This document shows, one piece after another, positions 22,900 to 32,000 of a stretch of DNA of 32,000 bases (positions within the stretch are counted from its first letter, which is position 1; every line of letters begins with the position of its first letter). The position numbers were made by a program, and so were the translations under genes. The notes beneath the pieces are model-generated. The model worked only from the letters and a program-made list of their open reading frames with translations. It made no database searches and had not been told where the DNA came from. This DNA is from Micrococcus luteus NCTC 2665 (lineage in GTDB: Bacteria; Actinomycetota; Actinomycetes; Actinomycetales; Micrococcaceae): positions 2,340,001 to 2,372,000 of the forward strand of contig NC_012803.1 of the NCBI RefSeq assembly GCF_000023205.1. Direction: 5' to 3'.

Positions 22900-24571
22900 T
22901 CAGGGCCGGCCGGCCCGGGCGGGGCCGCAGCAGGAGCCCGCAGCCCCCGGCCCGGCGCGCCCCGGGGCGCAGGGCACGACGACGTCGAAGCGCGTCCACC
23001 CGCCCTCGGACGCCACGGTCACGTCTCCGCCATGGCTGCGCGCGATCGAGCGCACGATGGCCAGACCCAGACCCGTGGACGGCTCCGTACCCGGGGTGTC
23101 CGTCCGGCCCGTCCCGGGGCCGCGGACGAAGCGGTGGAAGAGGGTGGCGTGTCGGTCGGCCGGGATGCCGCCGCCGTCGTCGTGGACGCTGACGAGCATG
23201 AAGCCGGGCCGGGGCTGGTCCTGCCGCACGGAGGCCGTGACGGTGGTCCCGACGGGGGTGTGCTTGGCCGCGTTGGAGAGCAGGTTGCCGACCACGCGGG
23301 CCAGCTGCGACCGGTCGCCGGTGACGGACCGCTGGGTGCCCGGCTCCGCCCCCTCGGGCAGGTCCACCACCCACGTGTGGTCCGGCCACGCGGCGCGGGC
23401 GTCCATCACGCCCTCGAGGACCACCTCGGACAGGTCCACCTGTTCGGCCAGCGCCACCTCTCCGGAGGGCTCCAGGCCCATCGCCCGGCCGCGCGAGACG
23501 GATTCGAGCCGTTCGAGCAGGAGCATGTCGTCCACGAGGGTGGCCATCCGGTCGGCCTGGAACAGCACCCGGCCGAGCGACCGCCGGCCGGTCGCGGAGA
23601 GCTCCTCCGTCATCGCGATCATCTCGGCGTAGCCGCGCACCGAGGCGAGCGGCGTGCGCAGCTCGTGGGAGGCGTCCGCCATGAACCGGCGCATCTGCTG
23701 CTCCTGCACGCGGCGCTGCTCCAGGGCCGCCTCGACCGAGCCGGTGAACCGGTCGAGCGCCTGAGCGACGACGGCCACCTCGTCCGGACCCTGCAGGAGC
23801 CGAGGCGGCATGCGTGAGTCCTCCGGGTCGAGCCCGGCGCGGGCCATGTCCACCTGGGCGACCCGCTCGGCGACGGCGGCGACCTCGCGGAGCGGGGCCA
23901 GGCCCCGACGCAGCCACAGGGTCACCAGGATCGCGGTGGTGAGGACGGTGACGGACAGTCCGACGGTGATCGCGATCAGCGCCTGCCGTGCGACGTCGGA
24001 CATGGCGCCCGTCGGCGCCCCCACCACGAGCACCTGGTCCGCGGCCACCCAGGGGCCCGGCGCGGTCAGGGTCTGGGCCTGGACACGATAGGAGACGTCG
24101 TCGACGACGGCGTCCAGCATCGGCCCGCCCGGCCGGTCCCGGAGGGCGTGCAGAAGGTCGTGGGCCTCCCGCGCCGTGAGCGGCACGGACTCCCCGGCGT
24201 CACCGACCCGGTGCCCGGTGAGGGCGTCCTGCTAATGCGCCTCCAGACCGGAGAGCGGGACGAGCGCGACCACCGTGCCCTCGGGCTGGCCGAGGGTGCC
24301 CGGCGCGCGCAGGTACCCCTCCCCGGGGCCGGCGTCGCCCCCTCCGCCCGGCGAGGGGGCCGTCAGCTGCTCCGAGGCGCGGATCCAGGCTTCGGAGGCG
24401 TCCCGAGAGGCGGATTCGGTCAGCAGGGCCTTCGTGATGCCGGCCGCGAAGAACGAGTAGGCCGTGATGGTGGCCACCAGGATCAGAAGGACGCCGGCGC
24501 CGATGCGTCGGGCCAGCGACGTGGGTCGCGTGCGGCGGGTGCTGCCGTGCCCCGACGGGACCGTGGCGGTC

Positions 24572-24591
<20 letters not shown>
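22900..24591 (-). pseudogene. HisKA-type sensor histidine kinase (OmpR-partner class) interrupted by a single in-frame TAG at 24232-24234
   Basis: Tracked ORFs 24232..24591(-) (TM1 plus extracytoplasmic part) and 22900..24186(-) (TM2, HAMP-like region, MADASHELRTPLASVRGYAEMI H-box, ATPase) are in the same frame. Only the TAG and 15 sense codons (QDALTGHRVGDAGES) separate them. ATG 24589-24591 overlaps the regulator stop by 20 nt. Confidence 0.75.
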
Positions 24592-25336
<745 letters not shown>

Positions 25337-25634
25337 AAGGTTCCTCTACGTTCAAGAGACGGTTCACGGTGCCCACGCGGACGTCGCGGGCTGCGGGGGA
25401 CGAGCGCCTCGCGACGGAGGGGCGACGCCGTTCCGGGGGATGGCGGACGGGCGGCGACCGGAGGCCGGGGGGTGCGCGGATCCCCCCTCGACGGAGCCCC
25501 ATGCTACGCGGACCAGCCGGGTCGGCCCAGAGTCTTCTCGGAACGCGGACATCAGCGTGACTCGTCACAGCCCTGACGCATCCGGCGGCGCCACCGGGGC
25601 CGCCTCACGCCCACGCCGCGCCGCGTGGCCGGCG

Positions 25635-26378
<744 letters not shown>

Positions 26379-26384
26379 CAGGCC

Positions 26385-26390
26385 ACCGTA
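26385..26390 (-). promoter_or_regulatory. -10-like hexamer TACGGT 6 nt upstream of the GTG start (candidate leaderless promoter)
   Basis: The minus strand reads gggaTACGGTggcctgGTG. Confidence 0.3.
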
Positions 26391-26440
26391 TCCCGCCCAC
26401 CTCCCCCGACGACGCCCCTCCCCGGGATTGCACAGAGGCG

Positions 26441-26459
26441 TTAGGTTGTCCTAACCTTC
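26441..26459. promoter_or_regulatory. IdeR/DtxR-type iron box upstream of the siderophore ABC operon
   Basis: TTAGGTTGTCCTAACCTTC compared with the remembered IdeR consensus TTAGGTTAGGCTAACCTAA gives 14 of 19 identical, or 15 if a central C is accepted. The AGGTT/AACCT dyad is preserved. The box lies 122 nt upstream of the binding-protein ATG. Confidence 0.65.
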
Positions 26460-26580
26460 CGGAGTTACCTCACGTCGGTGTTTGCTAATGCAGGCCCAGC
26501 CGGGCCGACGCATCCTCCGACCGCAGACCCGACCCCCTCCGCCCGGCGCCCGCGCGTCGCGACCGTGAAAGGCCACCACC

Positions 26581-27657
26581 ATGGCACCGTCCCCCCTGTC
26601 CCGCCGCTCCCTCCTCGCCGGCGGGGGAGTCGGCCTCACCCTCCTGCTCGCCGCGTGCTCCACCGGCCCGGCCGGAGGCTCGGCCTCGTCCTCGTCGGCC
26701 GGTGCGTCGTCGTCGGACGCCGCGGGCGGGGACGCCGCGTTCCCGCGCAGCATCGAGCACGTCTACGGCACCACCGAGATCCCGCAGCGCCCGACCCGCG
26801 TGGCCACCGTGTCCTGGGTGAACCAGGACGTGGCCCTCGCCCTCGGGGTGGTGCCGGTGGGCATGGCCGCCGTGGAGTTCGGCGGGAACGCGGAGAAGTC
26901 CACCGACTGGTTCGACGCGAAGCTCGCCGAGACCGAGGGCGCCCAGAAGCCCGTGCAGTGGTCCGAGGCCTCCGGCATCGACGCCGAGGCGATCGCCGCC
27001 GTGAAGCCGGACGTCATCCTCGCCGTCTACTCCGGCATCACGCAGGAGGACTACGACCGCCTCTCGAAGATCGCCCCCACCGTGGCCTACCCGAAGGACG
27101 TCCCCGCCTACGGCACCTCGTGGCAGCAGTCCACGGAGGTCATCGGCCGCGTGCTCGGCAAGGAGCAGGAGGCGGAGGAGCTCATCGCGGACCTCGAGCA
27201 GCAGATCAAGGACGCCGGCGAGAAGCACGCGGACCTCCAGGGCGCGTCCTTCGTCTACGGCACCATCGACCCCGCCGCCGCGGACCAGATCAGCATCTAC
27301 ACGGACGTGGACAACCGCCCGAAGTTCCTCGAGCTGCTCGGCATGGAACAGGCGCCGGTGGTGACGGAGAACTCCCCGGAGGACCAGGCGTTCTTCTTCA
27401 CGTGGTCGCCCGAGCGCGCGGACGAGCTGGAGTCGGACGTGTTCGTCTCCTGGGCCGCCCAGGATTCGGTCCGCGAGACCATCGAGTCCGACCCCCTGCT
27501 GGGCTCGATCCCCGCGGTGAAGGCCGGCACCCTCGTCCTGCAGACGGACGAGCAGGAGGTCCTCTCCGTCTCCGCGATCTCCCCGCTGTCCATCCCGTTC
27601 GCGCTCGAGAAGGTCGTCCCGCCGATCGCCGAGGCCGCGAAGACCGCGCAGGGCTGA
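26581..27657 (+). CDS. Iron-siderophore ABC transporter substrate-binding lipoprotein (FhuD/FepB-like, Peripla_BP_2)
   Basis: Tat-like SRRSLLAGGG, then lipobox LLLAAC, then TRVATVSWVNQDVALALGVVPVG and KPDVILAVYSG motifs typical of class III binding proteins. Confidence 0.85.
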   Translation: MAPSPLSRRSLLAGGGVGLTLLLAACSTGPAGGSASSSSAGASSSDAAGGDAAFPRSIEHVYGTTEIPQRPTRVATVSWVNQDVALALGVVPVGMAAVEFGGNAEKSTDWFDAKLAETEGAQKPVQWSEASGIDAEAIAAVKPDVILAVYSGITQEDYDRLSKIAPTVAYPKDVPAYGTSWQQSTEVIGRVLGKEQEAEELIADLEQQIKDAGEKHADLQGASFVYGTIDPAAADQISIYTDVDNRPKFLELLGMEQAPVVTENSPEDQAFFFTWSPERADELESDVFVSWAAQDSVRETIESDPLLGSIPAVKAGTLVLQTDEQEVLSVSAISPLSIPFALEKVVPPIAEAAKTAQG

Positions 27658-27666
27658 TCCCTCCCC

Positions 27667-28722
27667 ATGCCGTCCACGGCCCTCTCCTCCCCGACCCGCG
27701 TCCGCGCGGGCGTGCTGATGGGCGCCCTGCCCGCGGCGCTGCTGCTGGCGGCGCTCGTGGCCGGCGTCGCCCTCGGCGCGCGCACCGTGCCGGCGACGAC
27801 GGCGCTCGACACCCTGGGCGCGGTCCTCACCGGGCACCCCGTGCCGGAGGGCATCGAGGCGGCGGCCGTGGCCTCCCGCGTGCCCCGCGTGGTGACGGGG
27901 GCGCTGGTGGGGGCGGCGCTGGCCGTGGCCGGCGCCGCCCTGCAGGGGGCCACCCGCAACCCGCTCGGCGACCCGGGGCTGCTCGGGCTCTCCGCCGGCG
28001 CGGGGCTGGCCGTGGCGGCGGGCATGGCGCTCGGCGTCGCCGGCTCCACGTTCGGGGTGCTGGCGCTGGCCGCCGTCGGGACGCTGATCGCGGCGGCGCT
28101 CGGCTACGCGGTGGCGGCGGCCGCCACGCGGAGGGGCCGGACGCCCGGCGCCCCCTCCCCCATGGCGCTCGTGCTGGCCGGCGCGGCGCTCACCGCCGGC
28201 GCCACCGCCGGCACCACGGCGCTGCTCGTGCTCTCCCCCACGGTCCAGGACCGACTGCGGTTCTGGGCCGTGGGCACGGTGGCCCGCGCCGACCTCGGCG
28301 AGGCGCTCGCCCTGGCGCCCGTGATCGCCGTCGGGCTGCTCGCCGCCGTCGCCGTGGCCCCCGGGCTCGACGCCCTCGCCCTCGGCGACGATCTCGCGCA
28401 CGGCCTGGGCGGGCGCCCGGAGCGGGTGCGCGCGGTGCTGCTGGGCGCGGTCGTGCTGCTCACGGCCGCGGCCGTGGCGCTGGCCGGGCCGGTCGGGTTC
28501 GTGGGGCTGCTCGTGCCCCACGCGCTGCGCCGTCTGCGGCCGTCGAGCACGCGGGCCCTGATGGTCGGCTGCGCCCTGTGGGGCGCCGTCCTCGTGATCT
28601 TCGCGGACCTCGCCGGGCGGCTCGTCGTGGCGCCCGGGGAGATCCACCTCGGGGTGACCACCGTCCTGCTCGGCGTGCCCGTGCTGCTGGCGCTGCTGCG
28701 CCGCCCGGGGGTGGCCGCATGA
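27667..28722 (+). CDS. Iron-chelate ABC permease (FecCD family)
   Basis: RVPRVVTGALVGAALAVAGAALQGATRNPLGDPGLLGLSAGAG, the FecCD signature region. Multi-pass membrane protein. Confidence 0.9.
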   Translation: MPSTALSSPTRVRAGVLMGALPAALLLAALVAGVALGARTVPATTALDTLGAVLTGHPVPEGIEAAAVASRVPRVVTGALVGAALAVAGAALQGATRNPLGDPGLLGLSAGAGLAVAAGMALGVAGSTFGVLALAAVGTLIAAALGYAVAAAATRRGRTPGAPSPMALVLAGAALTAGATAGTTALLVLSPTVQDRLRFWAVGTVARADLGEALALAPVIAVGLLAAVAVAPGLDALALGDDLAHGLGGRPERVRAVLLGAVVLLTAAAVALAGPVGFVGLLVPHALRRLRPSSTRALMVGCALWGAVLVIFADLAGRLVVAPGEIHLGVTTVLLGVPVLLALLRRPGVAA

Positions 28723-29789
28723 GCCTCCAGCGCACCGCCTCGGACGACGTCGTCGCCCGCCTGCGCCGCTCCGACCGGCGCCGCCTCGGAGGGGCCTGCG
28801 CGGGCCTCGCCGTGGCCGTGCTGGTCCTCGCCCTGCTGCGCGTGGTGTGGGGCACGTACCAGGTGACCGTCCCGGACCTCGTGCGGATCCTGGCCGGGGA
28901 GACGATCCCGGGAGCGAGCTTCATCGTGCTGGAGGAGAAGCTGCCCCGCGCCGTGGCCGCGGTGCTCACCGGCGCCGCCCTGGGCGCGGCCGGCGCGCTC
29001 TACCGGCGCACCCTGCGCAACCCCCTGGCCTCGCCGGACATCCTGGGCGTCACCCAGGGCGCCGCGGCGGCGGTCGTGCTGGGGATGCTGGCGACCGCCG
29101 GGCAGACCGGCGGCGGATCGGACCTGACGCGCGCCGCCACGGCACTGATCGGCGGCCTCGCGGCGGTGGTCGCCGTGTTCGCCACGGCCCGCTCGGTGGG
29201 CGGCGAACGGTTCGTGGTGGCCGGCATCGCGGTGGCGGCGGCGGGCCAGGCCGTGGTGGCCGGGGCCATGCTCTCGCTGGCCCAGCACGACCTGCAGTCG
29301 GCCACCGTCTGGATCGCCGGCTCGCTCAACGGCGTCACGTGGGGGCGCATCGCGATGCTCGCGGGCGTGCTCGTGGCCGCCCTGCCGCTGGCGGGGGTGC
29401 TCCACGCGCGGCTGGCCCCCGCCGACGTCGGCCCGGACCTCGCGCACGCCCTCGGCGCCCGACCGCGCCCCACCTCGGCCGCGGCGCTGGGGCTCGGCGC
29501 GGTGCTGGCCGCCGTGGCGACCGCCGTCGTGGGGCCGCTGGCGTTCGTGGCCCTGCTGGCCACCCCGGTGGCGCGCGGGCTCACCCGCGGCCTGCCCTCC
29601 CTGCCCGCGGCGGCGCTCACGGGCGCCGCGCTCGTGCTGCTCGCGGACCTCGTGGCCGGCGAGGCCGTCCCCCTGCTCACCGGCGCCGCCCTGCCCACCG
29701 GTGTGCTCACCGGCGCCGCCGGCGCCCCGCTCATGCTCTGGCTGCTGCTGCGCCAGGGCCGGACCCCAGGAGGCGTGCGCTCCGCATGA
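28719..29789 (+). CDS. Iron-chelate ABC permease (FecCD family), second subunit
   Basis: ATGA overlap with the upstream stop. KLPRAVAAVLTGAALGAAGALYRRTLRNPLASPDILGVTQGAA. This is the C-terminal part of tracked ORF 26478..29789. Confidence 0.9.
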   Translation: MSLQRTASDDVVARLRRSDRRRLGGACAGLAVAVLVLALLRVVWGTYQVTVPDLVRILAGETIPGASFIVLEEKLPRAVAAVLTGAALGAAGALYRRTLRNPLASPDILGVTQGAAAAVVLGMLATAGQTGGGSDLTRAATALIGGLAAVVAVFATARSVGGERFVVAGIAVAAAGQAVVAGAMLSLAQHDLQSATVWIAGSLNGVTWGRIAMLAGVLVAALPLAGVLHARLAPADVGPDLAHALGARPRPTSAAALGLGAVLAAVATAVVGPLAFVALLATPVARGLTRGLPSLPAAALTGAALVLLADLVAGEAVPLLTGAALPTGVLTGAAGAPLMLWLLLRQGRTPGGVRSA

Positions 29790-30655
29790 CCGCTCCCCCG
29801 CTCACCGTCCCGTCCCCCGCCGCACCGCGCACCGGGGCCGCCGACGACGTCGCGATCCGCCTGCGCGGCCTGACGCTCGGCTACGGCCCGGCCTCGGCAC
29901 CGCCGATCGTCGAGGACCTCGACCTGGACGTGCCCGCCGGGCGCGTCACCGCGATCATCGGCGCCAACGGCTGCGGCAAGTCCACGCTGCTGCGCGGCCT
30001 GACCCGCCAGCTCGCCCCGCGCGCCGGGAGCATCGAGGTGCTCGGCCGGGACGCCGCCCGCGTGTCCGCGCGCGACTACGCCCGCACCGTGGCGCTGCTG
30101 CCCCAGCATCCCGTGGCGCCCGAGGGCATGACGGTGGCGCAGCTCGTGGCGCGCGGCCGTCACCCACACCGCGGGCTCCTGGGCGGCCGGGCCGCCGGCG
30201 ACGACGCCGCGATCGCCTCGGCGCTCGAGCGCACCGGCCTCGTGGAGCTCGCCGAGCGTGAGGCCGGCACGCTCTCCGGCGGGCAGCGGCAGCGGGCGTG
30301 GCTCGCCCTCGTGCTCGCCCAGCAGACCCCGGTGGTGCTCCTCGACGAGCCCACGAGCTACCTCGACCTCAGCCATCAGGTGGAGGTGCTCGACCTGGTG
30401 CGGGCGCTCCCGGACCCGCGTGGCGGGGGCCGGGCGACCGTCGTCGCGGTGCTGCACGAGCTGAACCTGGCGGCGCGCAGCGCGGACCACATCGTGGCGA
30501 TGGCCGCGGGCCGGGTGGTGGCGCAGGGCACGCCGGGCGAGGTGATCGTGCCGGAGGTGCTGGCCGAGGTGTTCGGCCTGGACGCGGACGTGGTGGCCGA
30601 CCCGCTGCTGGGTCACCCCGTGGTGCTGCCGCGCGGGAACGGGGACCGCCGATGA
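29786..30655 (+). CDS. Iron-siderophore ABC transporter ATP-binding protein (FepC/FhuC-like)
   Basis: Overlaps the upstream stop. Walker A GANGCGKST, signature LSGGQRQRAWLALVL, Walker B VVLLDEPTSYLD, and H-loop VLHELN. Confidence 0.9.
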   Translation: MTAPPLTVPSPAAPRTGAADDVAIRLRGLTLGYGPASAPPIVEDLDLDVPAGRVTAIIGANGCGKSTLLRGLTRQLAPRAGSIEVLGRDAARVSARDYARTVALLPQHPVAPEGMTVAQLVARGRHPHRGLLGGRAAGDDAAIASALERTGLVELAEREAGTLSGGQRQRAWLALVLAQQTPVVLLDEPTSYLDLSHQVEVLDLVRALPDPRGGGRATVVAVLHELNLAARSADHIVAMAAGRVVAQGTPGEVIVPEVLAEVFGLDADVVADPLLGHPVVLPRGNGDRR

Positions 30656-31707
30656 GCGCCGACGGCATGATCGTGGCGCACACGCGCGTGGTGTCCGTGG
30701 AGCAGCCGTGCCGCGGGTTCCGGCGGATCGTGCTGGCGGGGCCTGACCTGGAGGCCGCCAGCGGGGACCTGCTGGGACTGCTGCCGCCCGGCGTCGCCGA
30801 CCTGCACGCCCTGTACCGGGGCGCGCGGCCGCGCCGGGACGCCTATGTGAAGCTGCTGATCCCCCCGCCGGGCGGGACGTCGGCGGACCCGGACCTGTCC
30901 GCCGGGTTCCGCGCCGGGTTCCTGGCCATCCCCGAGGAGGAGCGCGGCTGGATGCGCACGTACACGGTGCGCTCGGCCGGGCTCGTGCGGCTCGACGGGC
31001 GGCAGGTGCCCTCGCTGACCGTGGACGTGGTGCTGCACGGCGACCCGGACGACCCCGCCGACCCGCATCAGGGGCCGGGCCTGCGCTGGGCGCGCGCCGT
31101 CCAGGCGGGGGACGCGGTCAACGTCCTGGTGCCCTCGGCGGAGGCGCCGACGTGGTCCGGCTGGCGGCAGACGGGGGCGCACCGTGTGCTGGCCGTGGGC
31201 GACGAGACCGCCGTCCCCGCCCTGGTGTCCGTGGCGGAGGAGCTCGCGGACCCGTTCGGCGGGTTCGACGGCGAGGCGGACCTCGTGCTCGAGCTGCCCC
31301 ACGACGGTCAGGCCGCCGACCTCATCGCCGAGCGCCTGGCCGTCCCCGAGCCGTGGGACTGGCGGGCCGTGACGGAGCTGGCGGACCGGGGCCGCGTGCG
31401 CCTGCACGTGGGCCGCCGGGCGCCGGGGGCGCCGTCGGGGTCCTGGGCGCACGCCCGCCTCGCCGCCCTGCTGGGCGTGGACCCCGACGACGCCGGCGGG
31501 CCGGTCGCGCCGCCCGCGGCCTCCGTCGAGCGCGAGTGGACCGTCGCCGCCCTCGAGGCCGACGAACGGCCCGAGGCCTACGTGTTCCTCGCAGGGGAGT
31601 CCGCGATGGTGCGCGCCCTGCGCCGGCTCAGCGTGGGCCCCGGCGGCGTGCCGAAGAAGCACGTCTCCTTCATGGGCTACTGGCGGGAGGGCCAGGCGGA
31701 GAGCTGA
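30652..31707 (+). CDS. Siderophore-interacting protein (SIP/ViuB-like FAD-binding ferric reductase)
   Basis: ATGA overlap with the ATPase stop. RTYTVRS FAD motif and C-terminal YVFLAGESAMVRALRR...FMGYWREG, typical of the SIP family. Confidence 0.8.
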   Translation: MSADGMIVAHTRVVSVEQPCRGFRRIVLAGPDLEAASGDLLGLLPPGVADLHALYRGARPRRDAYVKLLIPPPGGTSADPDLSAGFRAGFLAIPEEERGWMRTYTVRSAGLVRLDGRQVPSLTVDVVLHGDPDDPADPHQGPGLRWARAVQAGDAVNVLVPSAEAPTWSGWRQTGAHRVLAVGDETAVPALVSVAEELADPFGGFDGEADLVLELPHDGQAADLIAERLAVPEPWDWRAVTELADRGRVRLHVGRRAPGAPSGSWAHARLAALLGVDPDDAGGPVAPPAASVEREWTVAALEADERPEAYVFLAGESAMVRALRRLSVGPGGVPKKHVSFMGYWREGQAES

Positions 31708-31808
31708 GGAGTGGGGTGGCGGTCGCGCGCCGCTCCGCCCTCGCACCGGCGGCGGGCTCTCCCTACTGTGGAAGTCCAGCACCCGATCGAACCGAAGGAG
31801 AGATCCCC

Positions 31809-32000
31809 ATGACCCGCACCGTGATCATCGGCGGCCACGGCAAGGTGGCCCTGCTCGCCGCACCTCTGCTGGCGGAGGCCAGCCACGACGTCGTCTCGAT
31901 CATCCGCAACCCCGACCACGCCGAGGACGTCCGCGCCGCCGGCGCCGAACCGCTCGTCCTGGACATCGAGAAGGCGGACCAGGAGGAGCTGCTCCACGCG
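31809..32000 (+). CDS. NAD(P)H-binding (NmrA/SDR-like) protein, 3' end lies outside the window
   Basis: AAGGAGAG Shine-Dalgarno, then ATG 31809. MTRTVIIGGHGKVALLAAPLL is a Rossmann GxxGxxG-like N-terminus. The frame is open to the window end. Confidence 0.6.
   Translation, partial: MTRTVIIGGHGKVALLAAPLLAEASHDVVSIIRNPDHAEDVRAAGAEPLVLDIEKADQEELLHA

Noticed and set aside
24232-24234. The in-frame TAG read as programmed recoding (pyrrolysine or regulated readthrough).
   Set aside because: No Pyl machinery or downstream recoding structure is evident in the window, and I am not aware of pyrrolysine use in this kind of organism. A mutation or sequencing error is far more likely.
25337-25634. The ~300-bp untranslated gap upstream of the OmpR-type regulator, examined for a riboswitch, leader peptide or small RNA. 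It contains the GTGAC-TC-GTCAC dyad and GGCGGC...GCCGCC hairpins.
   Set aside because: I recognised no known riboswitch consensus. The hairpins near 25570-25625 are adequately explained as the terminator of the upstream menG gene. No small ORF with a ribosome-binding site was seen.

Overview
Very GC-rich chromosomal segment that looks actinobacterial, probably Micrococcales-like. It is densely coded, with about 30 genes on both strands. No rRNA, tRNA, CRISPR array, transposase or phage gene was recognised. All family calls come from reading the translations; nothing was searched.

Gene content, left to right:
- 3' part of a PH-domain membrane protein.
- An unusual two-component cluster: a TM-less degenerate HisKA_3 kinase, a NarL-type regulator, a small secreted Cys-loop peptide gene, and a polytopic HisKA_3 kinase with no adjacent regulator.
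- A lactate-permease-family transporter.
- A nitronate monooxygenase.
- A second HisKA_3/NarL pair.
- A small membrane protein.
- TetR plus a MacB-like ABC ATPase and FtsX permease. The permease is frameshifted.
- A two-domain VOC/glyoxalase protein.
- A BASS-family symporter.
- An AbiEi-like/DUF559 endonuclease-fold protein.
- An MsbA-like ABC exporter.
- A NUDIX hydrolase.
- The divergent lysE/lysG pair.
- A WGxxGxxG-type anchored protein.
- An OmpR-type regulator with a HisKA kinase that carries an in-frame TAG.
- MenG/UbiE.
- An iron-siderophore ABC operon (binding protein, two permeases, ATPase, siderophore-interacting protein) preceded by an IdeR/DtxR-like iron box.
- The start of an NAD(P)-binding protein.

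The most unusual signals are non-coding:
- Family B: four copies of a ~75-bp imperfect palindrome at 14.6-18.0 kb. Each has a 17-nt loop, and the loop sequence is conserved in three copies.
- Family A: two ~90% identical ~100-bp copies of a 26-bp-stem palindrome that bracket the monooxygenase gene. One copy is fused to a perfect 22-bp x3.4 tandem repeat.
- A third long palindrome at 9.9 kb. Like the family A copies, it follows a tract of C4 runs, which would be G-quadruplex-prone on the opposite strand.

Several genes have a TAnnnT hexamer 6-7 nt upstream of the start codon, which suggests leaderless mRNAs.
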